DNA from: Patescibacteria group bacterium
GTDB lineage: Bacteria; Patescibacteriota; Minisyncoccia; CAIUEV01; JAHKAQ01
DNA: 64,000 nucleotides
Assembly: GCA_034716235.1 (NCBI GenBank)
Contig: JAYEHH010000032.1
Coordinates: 370 to 64,369 of the forward strand
Direction: 5' to 3'
This document shows, piece after piece, positions 8,838-18,241 of the stretch; the first letter of the stretch is position 1; each line of letters begins with the position of its first letter. Below the pieces are notes generated by a model. That model did no database searches and was not told the DNA's origin. It saw only the letters and a list, made by a program, of their open reading frames with translations. The translations under genes were made by a program, and so were the position numbers.

Positions 8838-9654
8838 TTATTAAACGATTTAATCTTTCTTTTATTTTTTTATCACTTAAATTCTCATCCTTAGAATCTT
8901 TTTGCACAGGAGTATCTTTTTGAGGATAGGCAATGAATTCAACTTCAGTCTTTTTCTTTTTATTCTTAGCTATTTTTCTGCCCCATTTTAAATTAGGTTT
9001 TTTATGGATCCAAGGAATTGTTTTTTTCTTGAGGAATATTAGCCAAGTAGTGCCTGCTAACCCTCCCATGATTAAGCCTAAAATAGAAAAATAAATAAAA
9101 TCTGGATAGTTGGTGGTAGCTTTGGTGGGACCATTTAAGATTTTTATTTCTAATTCTTCAGCATTTATAAATTCAGGCAAGGTTTCCTTAAGATTTTGAG
9201 CGGTTTCTAATGAATATAAATAAACGAGGCTGGGATTACTAGCAGTAAGTTTAACAAAAATTAAATTGGTCGCAGTGCTGTTTTTAGTGACAATGGATTG
9301 CCCCCAACTCTTTCTGTCAATTTTCCATTTCTTTTTGTTTGAATTCTTAAATTCCTTAATAGCTGAAAATTCACCTTGGGCAGAGAGGTTATCCAAGTCA
9401 GCGTCAATTCTCTTCTCCACCTGTTCTATAAAGAAATCACTTAAAAGAAAATGTTTGGTAAAATTAAGAGCATAAACAATTTTTTCCTGATTTCGTCTTA
9501 CAGTAATATTGCTTGAATTTGGTTTTTTTTCTAAAATAACAGCCGAAAAACTGGATTGATATTTGGGAAAACCTATTAAGGCTATTATTAAAAATATTGC
9601 TCCACCCAGTAAGGAAAAGAAAATAATCAATTTAACTTTATTGAGTTGATTCAT
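8824..9654 (-). CDS. hypothetical bitopic membrane protein with polysaccharide co-polymerase (Wzz)-like topology
   Basis: 276 aa. It has an N-terminal TM (LIIFFSLLGGAIFLIIALIGF), a ~170-aa external domain and a second TM near the C-terminus (FIYFSILGLIMGGLAGTTWLIFL). It overlaps the DUF4012 gene by 14 nt. The family call rests on topology only. Confidence 0.4.
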   Translation of the reverse strand: MNQLNKVKLIIFFSLLGGAIFLIIALIGFPKYQSSFSAVILEKKPNSSNITVRRNQEKIVYALNFTKHFLLSDFFIEQVEKRIDADLDNLSAQGEFSAIKEFKNSNKKKWKIDRKSWGQSIVTKNSTATNLIFVKLTASNPSLVYLYSLETAQNLKETLPEFINAEELEIKILNGPTKATTNYPDFIYFSILGLIMGGLAGTTWLIFLKKKTIPWIHKKPNLKWGRKIAKNKKKKTEVEFIAYPQKDTPVQKDSKDENLSDKKIKERLNRLINGEF

Positions 9655-9730
9655 ATTAGTTAGATGAAAGATTGCTAATTTTCCAGTTGTTTATTTAAAC
9701 ATAGCAATCACCAAAAGACAAGCCATGATT

Positions 9731-11650
9731 TTATTCAACTATTTCTCCTCCCGAGTAATCGACACTAATATCATCTTTTAGTTCGGTGTCAATAGCTTCA
9801 TCGCTTAGTTGATATATTTTTTCCGTAAAAGTATCTGTTCCAGTAAGGGTAGCTTTATTAATTAGGGTCAATGATTGCCCAATCTGATTTTCTTGAGGAG
9901 TAATTGAAACTTGGAAAACGGTTTCCTTAGCTCCAAGTTGAGTTCCTGTTTGAGCAGGAATTTTTCCAGGATTCCAAACAACTTCATGGGTTCTTTCATC
10001 AAAAGTAAGCTCTTTCACCCCAGTAGGATGAAAATTATTTTTCCAATCTACGTAATCAGGCAGACTGGCACGTACCGTCACTTCGGAAATATCATTATTA
10101 ACATTAACAATCTTCCAGTGGATTGTATAACTGGTTTCTTTTCCAACTTTTGGAGGAATAGGACCAAAATTATTAATAATATTATCATTATAGAATCCGG
10201 AATTTTGAAAGAAAACCTTACTATTTACTTTAATTCTTTTTTCATCCGAAGCGATTAGTTTGTTAGTAGCAATAGGAGTAGGAACATCGGGGCTATCAAT
10301 TTGAGCGTTAAAAGAAATTTCAAAATTTTTATCATCTAAACTATCAGCTGGCAGAAAAGAGAGAATATTAAAAGTAAAGGACACGGTGCCCTCCTCTTGT
10401 GGCTTTAGTGTCTGCAATTGAGGAATATTTCCTCCTCTCCAAACAATTTTTCGTTGGCCGAGATTGAAATCACCATTTTCAGATGTAACAGAATTAAAAT
10501 CTATGGCCTTACCTTCTAAGGAGGCGACAATTGTTACATCTTTCATCGGTAAATCACTAGAATTTTTGTATTTAATTTTAACGAGTAAGGAATTGCCTGA
10601 ATCGGCATTCCCCTTTTCATCCAAGCCACTTGATATTTCCTGCTGGATGGTGAGAGGTGAACTTATCATTTCGGTTTGAGCCGATTCTTCTGCTAGGATT
10701 GTAAAGTTCTCGTTGTTTCTTATCCCTATTTGAACGGAAATTATCTTTTTTTCTACGGTAGATCCAATGAGACTCCCATTAATACTTATAGTGGCTTCTT
10801 CGCCGGGCGCAAGCATGGACAATCTAAAAGTATTACTTTCATCTCCCACGGGAGCAATATTGGCCTCTGAATAAGTGAACCCTCCGGGATAATTAAATTG
10901 GGCCTCTATATTTTCCAAATTTTCGTAGGTGTTATTTTTAATGGTTAAAAGATACTCAGCCAAGTCTCCAGAAGTTATTTGGCGAGTAGCTTCCAACTTA
11001 GCCAATATTTTGGAAGACATTACCTTGATTCCTTGACGGACTTTTCGTTCGTTGGTCTTCCCACCGCTTTTATTTTTGTAGATGAGAGTAGCGTTTAAAT
11101 AGGTAATAGCTTGCGCTTTCTCGGTTATTTTTCCTTGGAAAGTAATGGCTCCATTTTTTTGAGCTGACAATTCTCCCAAATTAAATACCATAAAATCTTT
11201 TCCAACATCATCAGCTTGTTTATCGGCCTGAATAATTTCCAGAGATTCAGGGAAAAATATTTTCAATTGGCAGTCTTGCAGGTCAACTCGGTTGTTGTTG
11301 TGGTATAAAAAACTAAAAGAGAACTCTCTGCCCGTCTCCATAGACTCTGGAGTATCAAAAGAAAGTATTACATTGTTTGGTGAAAATTGTCTTGTTTTAT
11401 AAAGATAAAAACCATATCCTCCCAATAAAAATCCTAACAATACAAAAATTCCTATAATAATCTTAAGTAAAGACTTTTTTTGCCCCAAAGTAACCTCATT
11501 TCCTTTTTGCCATTTTTCTTTTTCGGGAGTATTATTTTTCGCTCCTCCCTCTTGAGTATTCTGGGGATTGAGCAAGTTGAAATCGTGAGGACGTTTTTCA
11601 ATTTCGTTTGATTTAGAGCGAAGTTTTTCCTGTAATTTATTGAGTTTCAT
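9731..11650 (-). CDS. large membrane-anchored surface protein with repeated beta-rich (DUF11/CARDB-like) modules
   Basis: 639 aa. One TM (IIIGIFVLLGFLLGGYGFYLY) follows a charged N-tail and precedes several ~100-aa repeats of similar pattern. No enzymatic motif is present. Confidence 0.5.
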   Translation of the reverse strand: MKLNKLQEKLRSKSNEIEKRPHDFNLLNPQNTQEGGAKNNTPEKEKWQKGNEVTLGQKKSLLKIIIGIFVLLGFLLGGYGFYLYKTRQFSPNNVILSFDTPESMETGREFSFSFLYHNNNRVDLQDCQLKIFFPESLEIIQADKQADDVGKDFMVFNLGELSAQKNGAITFQGKITEKAQAITYLNATLIYKNKSGGKTNERKVRQGIKVMSSKILAKLEATRQITSGDLAEYLLTIKNNTYENLENIEAQFNYPGGFTYSEANIAPVGDESNTFRLSMLAPGEEATISINGSLIGSTVEKKIISVQIGIRNNENFTILAEESAQTEMISSPLTIQQEISSGLDEKGNADSGNSLLVKIKYKNSSDLPMKDVTIVASLEGKAIDFNSVTSENGDFNLGQRKIVWRGGNIPQLQTLKPQEEGTVSFTFNILSFLPADSLDDKNFEISFNAQIDSPDVPTPIATNKLIASDEKRIKVNSKVFFQNSGFYNDNIINNFGPIPPKVGKETSYTIHWKIVNVNNDISEVTVRASLPDYVDWKNNFHPTGVKELTFDERTHEVVWNPGKIPAQTGTQLGAKETVFQVSITPQENQIGQSLTLINKATLTGTDTFTEKIYQLSDEAIDTELKDDISVDYSGGEIVE

Positions 11651-11668
11651 TTTTATTTTTTTAAATCA

Positions 11669-12412
11669 TTATCCTAAACAATATTTTAGATGATTTAAGA
11701 CTAATCTCCAAGTTTTTTCAGCCACTTCTTTTTCAATGCTTAAGTTTCCAATTTTATTTGGAGATTCTTCTAAGAGATAGTTAGCTAATTTTATAGAACT
11801 GAAATTAGTTTTTTGAATGGCAATATTAGATTGAGAAGGATCATGGCAACAAACAACTCCTCCACTTTCCAGATCATAATAAAGATTGTTTTCTCTGCTA
11901 AAACCTTTACCACAATTAGCACATTTTTTAAGATTTAAACAAAAGCCGGCCGTATTTAATAATTTTAAAGTTAGTCCTGTTTGGTAGAGAGCTAGGCGTA
12001 TGTCTCCTAATTTTACCAAAGCCATTTTTTCTAAATAGTTTTTAGTTAGATTAAAAAGAGCAAGAATTTGTTGGGCGCTATAGACATCTTCTGTTGTTAG
12101 TCTTTCTATTAAAGCTAAACTCTGGTGAAAAACACGATTCTTGGAGGCGGAAAATTTTAAAAAATTGGGTTTCCAAGTTGAAATTGCCCCTGTCAATAAA
12201 TAATTGTCTTGTCTTTTACGAGGAATAAAATAAATTTGAGCAATGCTTCCTGGCTCTAGATGAAATCCTAATTTTGCTTTTGGCTTGCGAGAGCTTTTTG
12301 CAAAAAGCTTAACTTTTCCATAATCTTTGGTTAAGGCTACAAAAAAACTATCAAATTCTCTCGCTTTGAATTTTCTCAGGATAAGACCATGAGTTTTTAT
12401 AATATTATTCAT
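11669..12412 (-). CDS. recO: DNA repair protein RecO
   Basis: 247 aa. It has an N-terminal OB-fold pattern (GLILRKFKAREFDSFFVALTKDYGKVKLFAKSSRK) and a central Cys cluster (CANCGK...VVCCH). Confidence 0.8.
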   Translation of the reverse strand: MNNIIKTHGLILRKFKAREFDSFFVALTKDYGKVKLFAKSSRKPKAKLGFHLEPGSIAQIYFIPRKRQDNYLLTGAISTWKPNFLKFSASKNRVFHQSLALIERLTTEDVYSAQQILALFNLTKNYLEKMALVKLGDIRLALYQTGLTLKLLNTAGFCLNLKKCANCGKGFSRENNLYYDLESGGVVCCHDPSQSNIAIQKTNFSSIKLANYLLEESPNKIGNLSIEKEVAEKTWRLVLNHLKYCLG

Positions 12413-12464
12413 GGATCTTTTAATAACGAACTAATTATGATATTTCTATTTTGAAATTAGCTAA

Positions 12465-15398
12465 CTATGCCTTAGTGATAGCTAATTTGATTGTTTCATC
12501 AGCGATTATCATTTTTCCCTCTAAATCAGTTTTGTCAGGCATTCCTTTCGTTATTTTTTTAGCTAGAGTTTCCTTGGCAATCAAATCTTCAAAACTAGTA
12601 AAGATAGCATTAGCACCAACATAATTAATGGAGATTCTATCATCAAGTTTATAATTTGCTTTTCGACGCATTTCTTGGATGTGTCTAATAATTTCACGGG
12701 CATTGCCTTCTTTTTTAAGCTTGGGTGTAATTTGGATATCTAGCCCAACAATAAGTTTATTCTCTTCCTTGGTTTGAATTTTTTTCAAGGATTTAATTTC
12801 TTTATGTTCTCCACAGGAAAACTGCTTAATATTGGTTTCCTCTTTAATGATTTCCTTAAGTTCCGCATCCTCATAAATATCTTCTTGATTTAGATAAATT
12901 CTTTCTAGTGGTTGACGAACTTTGATGCCAGCTTCAGCTCGAATTCCCAAAACAAGCTTTACAATATTTTGAGCTTTCCGCATTTTCTTTATGAGATCTT
13001 TATCGATTAATTCTTTGTTAGCTTTAGGATAATCAGTAAGATGAACCGACTCTTCTCGGGTTAGATTCTTATAGATATTTTCTGCCATAAAAGGCATAAA
13101 AGGAGCTAATACTTGAGAAAACTTTATTAAAACCTCGTATAAAGTTGCGTAAGCTTCGTTTTTATCATTATCATTTTCACTCTTCCAGAATCTCCGTCGG
13201 CTTCTCCTAATATACCAATTAGAAAGCTTGTCAATAAAGCTAGGTAAAAGACGAGCAGCTTTAGCTATTTGATAGCCATCCATCTTTTTCTCGAAATTAC
13301 TAATCAAAGTATTCAGCTCGGCTAAGATCCAGCGATCTAAAATATGTTTTGGTTCAATTCCTGCCTCTTCAAAATTTAGTTTCTCCTTGGGATCAAATTT
13401 ATCAATTGAAGCATAGGTAACGAAAAAAGAATAAGAATTCCAAAGAGTTGACATAAATTTCTTTTTCACTTCGGCGATTTCTTTAACAGAAAAATTAATA
13501 TTCCGAGCTTCCATGATGGGAGAACTCATGAGATAAAGTCTTAAAGCATCACCTCCATATTCGTCTAGAACAATTTTTGGATCAGTATAATTACCTAATG
13601 ATTTAGACATTTTCTTTCCGTCATCGCCAGAGATTACTCCCGTAGCTACCACATTTTTGAAAGCTGGTTGGTCAATCAGGGCTACGGCAAGAACATGTAA
13701 AACATAAAACCAAGCTCTAGTTTGGGCAATATATTCCGAGATATAATCAGCAGGAAATTTTTGAGAAAAATCTTCTTTATTTTCAAAGGGATAGTGATGT
13801 TGAGCATAAGGCATAGCGCCTGACTCAAACCAGCAATCTAAAACTTGAGGAACTCTCTTGAATGTTCCACCACAATCACATTTAAAATCAACTTTATCTA
13901 TGTAAGGACGATGGTAGTCATCTAATTTTTGACCACTTAGTCGATAAAGTTCTTCGTAAGAACCAACGGCTTTTATTTTTTTACATTTGTCACAACGCCA
14001 AATAGGAATAGCTGTTCCCCAGTAACGATCACGGGCAATATTCCAATCAGGGGCTGACTGGATACCTTTCAAAAAGCGACCATGCTTTAAGAAGTTCGGT
14101 TGCCAATTAATTTTTTCGTTTTCCGTTTCTAGTTTTTTGCGAATTTTATCAATATTAATAAACCAAGCCGGTTGAGTTTTATAAACAAGCTTAGTGTGGC
14201 AACGGTAGCAAAAAGGATAGGAGTGAACCACTTTTTGTTGATTATACAAAATTTTCTTTTCTTCTAGATCGGTAATAATTTTAGGATTAACCTTCCAAAC
14301 ATTTTCTCCCTGCCAAGGACCTTCTTTAAAATTAGCCTGGGAATCTACATTTTCAATAAGAGGAATTTCTTCCTGACGAGATAAATTAAAATCATCTTCC
14401 CCAAAAGCCGGTGCTAGATGAACAATGCCAGTTCCTTCTTTAGTGGAGACAAAATCTCCTAGAAAAACTCGATGCAAATTCTCTTCCTTGCCACTCCTAA
14501 AAGAAAATCCATCGTAGGGAGCGCTATAAGCTATCCCAGCCAATTCACTGCCCTTAATTTCTTCCAGTACTGCGTATTCATCGGTTAACTGATCTATTCT
14601 ATCCTTGGCGATAATAAGAGTCTCTCTCTTTTCGGTTTTTACCCTAACATACTGAATATCTTTCCCAACGGCCAGAGCAGTATTAGCCGGTAATGTCCAT
14701 GGAGTAGTGGTCCAAGCTAAAAGACTATTGTCTTTGTATTGCCCTTCGGTAATTTTGAATTTTACAATTACGGAAATATCTTCTACATCTTTATAGCTAT
14801 CATCCATGGCGATCTCAAAATTAGCCAGTGGCGTTTCACAGCGAGGACAATAAAGTGAGATGCGAGTATCTTCATAAATTAAATCTTTTTCATAAAGTTC
14901 CTTAAAAGCCCACCAAACAGACTCCATGTATCCTTTATCCATGGTGCGGTAAGGATTTTTATAATCTACCCATCGTCCGATTCTACCAATAATTTCTTCC
15001 CATTCTTCAGTCATTTGACTGACTTGTAAACGGCATTCAGTATTAAATTCTTTAATTCCAATTTTAGTTTCAATTTCATTTTTTGATTTAAGCCCCAGTT
15101 TTTTTTCTACTCCATGCTCTGCTGGTAAACCGTGACAATCCCAACCCCAACGGCGATCAACCCGATAGCCTTTCATTGTCCAATATCTAGGGACTACATC
15201 TTTGGCGATAGAAGATAAGATAGTGCCGTAATGAGGTACTCCTGTGGCAAAAGGAGGGCCATCAAAAAAGCTGTAAACCGGAGCTTCGGTTCGGTTTTGG
15301 ATAGAACGCTCAAAAATTTTATTTTCTTTCCAAAATTTAAGAGCTTTTTTTTCTAATTTAATTAAATCTTCTCTGGGATTAACTGAATCAAACATCAA
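12465..15398 (-). CDS. ileS: isoleucine--tRNA ligase (type 2)
   Basis: 977 aa. Motifs: GPPFATGVPHYGTIL (HIGH region), TTTPWTLPANTALAV (editing domain) and KKMSKSLGNY. The track start is TTG at 15398; the adjacent in-frame ATG is at 15395. Confidence 0.92.
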   Translation of the reverse strand: MMFDSVNPREDLIKLEKKALKFWKENKIFERSIQNRTEAPVYSFFDGPPFATGVPHYGTILSSIAKDVVPRYWTMKGYRVDRRWGWDCHGLPAEHGVEKKLGLKSKNEIETKIGIKEFNTECRLQVSQMTEEWEEIIGRIGRWVDYKNPYRTMDKGYMESVWWAFKELYEKDLIYEDTRISLYCPRCETPLANFEIAMDDSYKDVEDISVIVKFKITEGQYKDNSLLAWTTTPWTLPANTALAVGKDIQYVRVKTEKRETLIIAKDRIDQLTDEYAVLEEIKGSELAGIAYSAPYDGFSFRSGKEENLHRVFLGDFVSTKEGTGIVHLAPAFGEDDFNLSRQEEIPLIENVDSQANFKEGPWQGENVWKVNPKIITDLEEKKILYNQQKVVHSYPFCYRCHTKLVYKTQPAWFINIDKIRKKLETENEKINWQPNFLKHGRFLKGIQSAPDWNIARDRYWGTAIPIWRCDKCKKIKAVGSYEELYRLSGQKLDDYHRPYIDKVDFKCDCGGTFKRVPQVLDCWFESGAMPYAQHHYPFENKEDFSQKFPADYISEYIAQTRAWFYVLHVLAVALIDQPAFKNVVATGVISGDDGKKMSKSLGNYTDPKIVLDEYGGDALRLYLMSSPIMEARNINFSVKEIAEVKKKFMSTLWNSYSFFVTYASIDKFDPKEKLNFEEAGIEPKHILDRWILAELNTLISNFEKKMDGYQIAKAARLLPSFIDKLSNWYIRRSRRRFWKSENDNDKNEAYATLYEVLIKFSQVLAPFMPFMAENIYKNLTREESVHLTDYPKANKELIDKDLIKKMRKAQNIVKLVLGIRAEAGIKVRQPLERIYLNQEDIYEDAELKEIIKEETNIKQFSCGEHKEIKSLKKIQTKEENKLIVGLDIQITPKLKKEGNAREIIRHIQEMRRKANYKLDDRISINYVGANAIFTSFEDLIAKETLAKKITKGMPDKTDLEGKMIIADETIKLAITKA

Positions 15399-15603
15399 GG
15401 TTAAATGTTAAATGTGAATTAATAAAATGATTATTAAAAAATAATCAACACCATTAAAGATGTTCTTTTATAAAGATACCTAATTTTTGAAGAATTTTCA
15501 AGAGAGAAAGACTAGATATCAAAGTAGCAGGATAATATCCTATTTGAACAACATAGAAATGTCCTACTTAGAAATTTGCATGCACATTATAATAGTTTGG
15601 ATA

Positions 15604-15642
15604 ATTTAAATAAAAGAAGCCCGTGGCGTTGCCAAAGGCTTC
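15604..15642 (-). terminator. putative intrinsic terminator after the 15656..16192 gene
   Basis: On the minus strand gaagcc-N15-ggcttc is followed by ttttatttaaatt, 14 nt after the stop codon. Confidence 0.4.
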
Positions 15643-15655
15643 TGGTTGAAGATTT

Positions 15656-16192
15656 TTAATGAAAGGTCTGTGCTCTTTCGTTTTCATCCGGCTTCTTTTT
15701 CCCTCCCTTCATCCCATGCCGGATTACTCTTACGATGTTATAACTCCAATACTTCCTCCTGAAGTAGTCTATTAAGCTATCTACTTCTTTGTTAAAGCAA
15801 ATAGCTAGAAATAAAACACCACTAGGTTGCTTGACCATCTTGGTTGCATCCGAGAGTGATATTCTATCGTCAATCTCGTTTACTATGAGAACTGTTCCCT
15901 CATATGTTTTAACCAAATAAAACATATTGAGAGTTTCTCCAATTCTTAGAGGGTTAGCTGAGCTGATATTCTCCCATGAATTTTCCTTATATTTTGTATA
16001 AAGATGTCTTGACAATCCGTTGAGCTCTTGGGTTGGGCAAATAGCCATAAAGGAGCCAAGTCCATACTGCTCAATTATGCTAACTATTTCTGCCAGTCGC
16101 TTTTCCATAACGGATTCCTCTACCACAATATTTCCGACTCCTATATCCAGTAGGGATGCTAGATACACTATATTAAACTTTTCTTTATTCAT
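15656..16192 (-). CDS. hypothetical protein, internally duplicated, paralogous to the upstream gene
   Basis: 178 aa. A strong SD (aggaggagaggaaaATG) precedes it. Its C-terminal half LFLAICFNKEVDSLIDYFRRKYWSYNIVRVIRHG matches LLVVCSDNEITGLLRYFRERYQEENIVRIIIRE of the 16185..16538 product. No known family recognised. Confidence 0.55.
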   Translation of the reverse strand: MNKEKFNIVYLASLLDIGVGNIVVEESVMEKRLAEIVSIIEQYGLGSFMAICPTQELNGLSRHLYTKYKENSWENISSANPLRIGETLNMFYLVKTYEGTVLIVNEIDDRISLSDATKMVKQPSGVLFLAICFNKEVDSLIDYFRRKYWSYNIVRVIRHGMKGGKKKPDENERAQTFH

Positions 16193-16538
16193 TTTCCTCT
16201 CCTCCTTTTTTAAGGGTTGTCTGACGTTGTTTTTTATCGTCCTTATCTTTCAGGCTCTTTATTTTGCTGTAAGATTTTTCTCTTTCTCCTTCTTCTCTTA
16301 TTATAATTCTGACAATATTTTCTTCTTGGTACCTCTCCCTAAAATAGCGAAGCAGCCCTGTAATTTCATTATCAGAACAAACAACCAATAGGAAATTAGA
16401 TTCCGATTTTTCAATCTCTTCAGAAATTTTTCCTACTTGTTCTTCTGGATTGATTGATTCTGCAACCAAAATCCCCTCTTTTGCATCTTCTCCCCCTAGC
16501 CGAGTTAAAAAAATCTTGCTAAATCTTTTTTTGCCCAT
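16185..16538 (-). CDS. hypothetical protein (single copy of the same module, Lys/Glu-rich tail)
   Basis: 117 aa. The SD is aaggagaggaaaATG. It overlaps the downstream paralog by 8 nt. Confidence 0.55.
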   Translation of the reverse strand: MGKKRFSKIFLTRLGGEDAKEGILVAESINPEEQVGKISEEIEKSESNFLLVVCSDNEITGLLRYFRERYQEENIVRIIIREEGEREKSYSKIKSLKDKDDKKQRQTTLKKGGEENE

Positions 16539-17039
16539 TTTCCTCTCCTTCTTTTAAAAGGTTTAAATTTCTATTTAATTAGTAAGGTACTACTAACTAA
16601 GTAGAAATAGCATAAAAATTAGAGATTGTAAATGAAAGAGGGGTTTCTTTTGGAGAGAATTTTTCTTAGATGTATTTAGTGTCGCGATCGTAAGGATAAA
16701 TTGGATGGAAGACTATTGTAGAAAATATTCAATAAAGAGTTAAGTGCCATTCTTTGTATTGCCTTGCTTTTTCATTTCATCCTCGTGGTCAGCAATGTCA
16801 TGTATGTATTTTTCGAAATTATCCATATTATTTATTTGGCGATTTATTTTTTAAAAATCTGTTTAAAAAATCTTCTCGATTCATTGACGCTTGTTTTATT
16901 TCTCTTTTTTTCCTTCTATATTTTTATCAGGAACTGTTTTTTTAGTTTGTGGTTTTTCGGTTTTATTTTTAGATGATGACCAAGATTCAATCTCCATATT
17001 TTAAAAGATGAATTACTAAATATTTTTCTTCTTACGCAT

Positions 17040-17621
17040 TTAACCACCGTATAAATTGTGGTCATTAATGTATTTTGAAATATCTTCTGGAATATATTTA
17101 TTGTATTGCCAATCATGTTTTCTTATCAGCTCCCTTATTTTTGTACTTGATATTTTTATACTAGTTCCGTTGATGATGTCAACATTTTTTTTAGGAAAAT
17201 CATTTGGTAAAATGTTACCCACTCTTTGGGAGACAACAAAGGTTTCTTTGTCTAAAATACTTGGGTTTTCATTGTACAAATTCATAATTCCATCAGAACC
17301 AATAAGTTGAGTTATGGAAACATCTTTTTTCGATTTTATTTCACTCATTATTTCATCTGTATACCTCCCCTTATTATCACTCAGTTCATTATCCAGTAGG
17401 ATGATTGGCAATTCTATTTGGGTTTTCAAATAGGAAACAAACAATTTTCCTAAATTTACTCTATGTCTATACGATATATCTATGATTTTATCCCTGCGTT
17501 TTCCAGAAGGCATTATCCAAAGCTCATCAAACTCTTTTTTTTGCAGTGCTAACCTGATTATTTCAACATGACCATAATGTGGAGGGTTAAATGCACCTGG
17601 AAATAAAAGTACTTTTTTCAT
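17040..17621 (-). CDS. nadD: nicotinate-nucleotide adenylyltransferase
   Basis: The track ORF 17040..17699 starts at TTG. The conserved domain starts at the internal MKKVLLFPGAFNPPHYGHVEI (Met27, computed as 17621), so the shorter start is preferred. It has the (H/T)xGH nucleotidyltransferase motif and a C-terminal ISSTKIRE. Confidence 0.8.
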   Translation of the reverse strand: MKKVLLFPGAFNPPHYGHVEIIRLALQKKEFDELWIMPSGKRRDKIIDISYRHRVNLGKLFVSYLKTQIELPIILLDNELSDNKGRYTDEIMSEIKSKKDVSITQLIGSDGIMNLYNENPSILDKETFVVSQRVGNILPNDFPKKNVDIINGTSIKISSTKIRELIRKHDWQYNKYIPEDISKYINDHNLYGG

Positions 17622-17729
17622 AATGTTGTGCGAAAGTAAAAAGAAAAATATTTTTTGAATGGTGTATTCATTGTTATATGATATGATTTGGTTTTTCAAT
17701 TTTTCAAATAGATAACTATTCGAGGTATC

Positions 17730-18179
17730 TTATTTGTCCTTCTTAGTATTTATTCTGCACGAATCAATGAGCTTGATTGCGTCTTGGTAGCCAAGAAATC
17801 TACCACCAACAACCTGTTTGTCTGGTCTATCATCAAAATAATGTTCTCCAAAATCACGAATCTCTTTTTCTATTGTTGAATTTATTGTAATAGTTTCATT
17901 TGATAGTTGGCATAGAATTTTATGGTCTTCCTCACCATTCTCAACCGATTCGACCATGCCTATTGGCTCCACATCTATAGTATCTCCTGAAGTGAGTGAT
18001 TTTGATGTTATCACGTAGCAATCAAGTTGATCTCCGTCGCCACTAATCGTATCTAACAAAAAACCATAGGCATAAGGATAGGGCTTGTACACTTTTTTTA
18101 TTCCTATCTGTTCAAGTGTTTGCTCATTATAGATAGGTCTTTGATCTGTTCCCGCGTCTACTTCAATAAATGCTTTCAT
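17730..18179 (-). CDS. ppa: inorganic pyrophosphatase (family I)
   Basis: 149 aa. Motifs YPYAYGFLLDTISGDGDQLDCYVI and EEDHKIL match the family I PPase acidic active-site pattern. Confidence 0.8.
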   Translation of the reverse strand: MKAFIEVDAGTDQRPIYNEQTLEQIGIKKVYKPYPYAYGFLLDTISGDGDQLDCYVITSKSLTSGDTIDVEPIGMVESVENGEEDHKILCQLSNETITINSTIEKEIRDFGEHYFDDRPDKQVVGGRFLGYQDAIKLIDSCRINTKKDK

Positions 18180-18241
18180 AAAATGTTGTTAGAAGTTTTT
18201 AAAAAATTTTGCTACAACTACTTATCACACAAACCTTTAAC

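Noticed and set aside
15399-15655. T-box or other leader upstream of ileS; a palindrome aggata-a-tatcct is present.
   Set aside because: No T-box consensus (…GGUGGNACCGCG…) or specifier-loop architecture was seen. A single short palindrome is insufficient evidence.
16754-17116. Small ORFs 16754..16945+, 16764..16976+ and 16916..17116-.
   Set aside because: They are Phe/Leu/Ile-rich and overlap each other in an AT-rich spacer. No SD or conserved motif is present.
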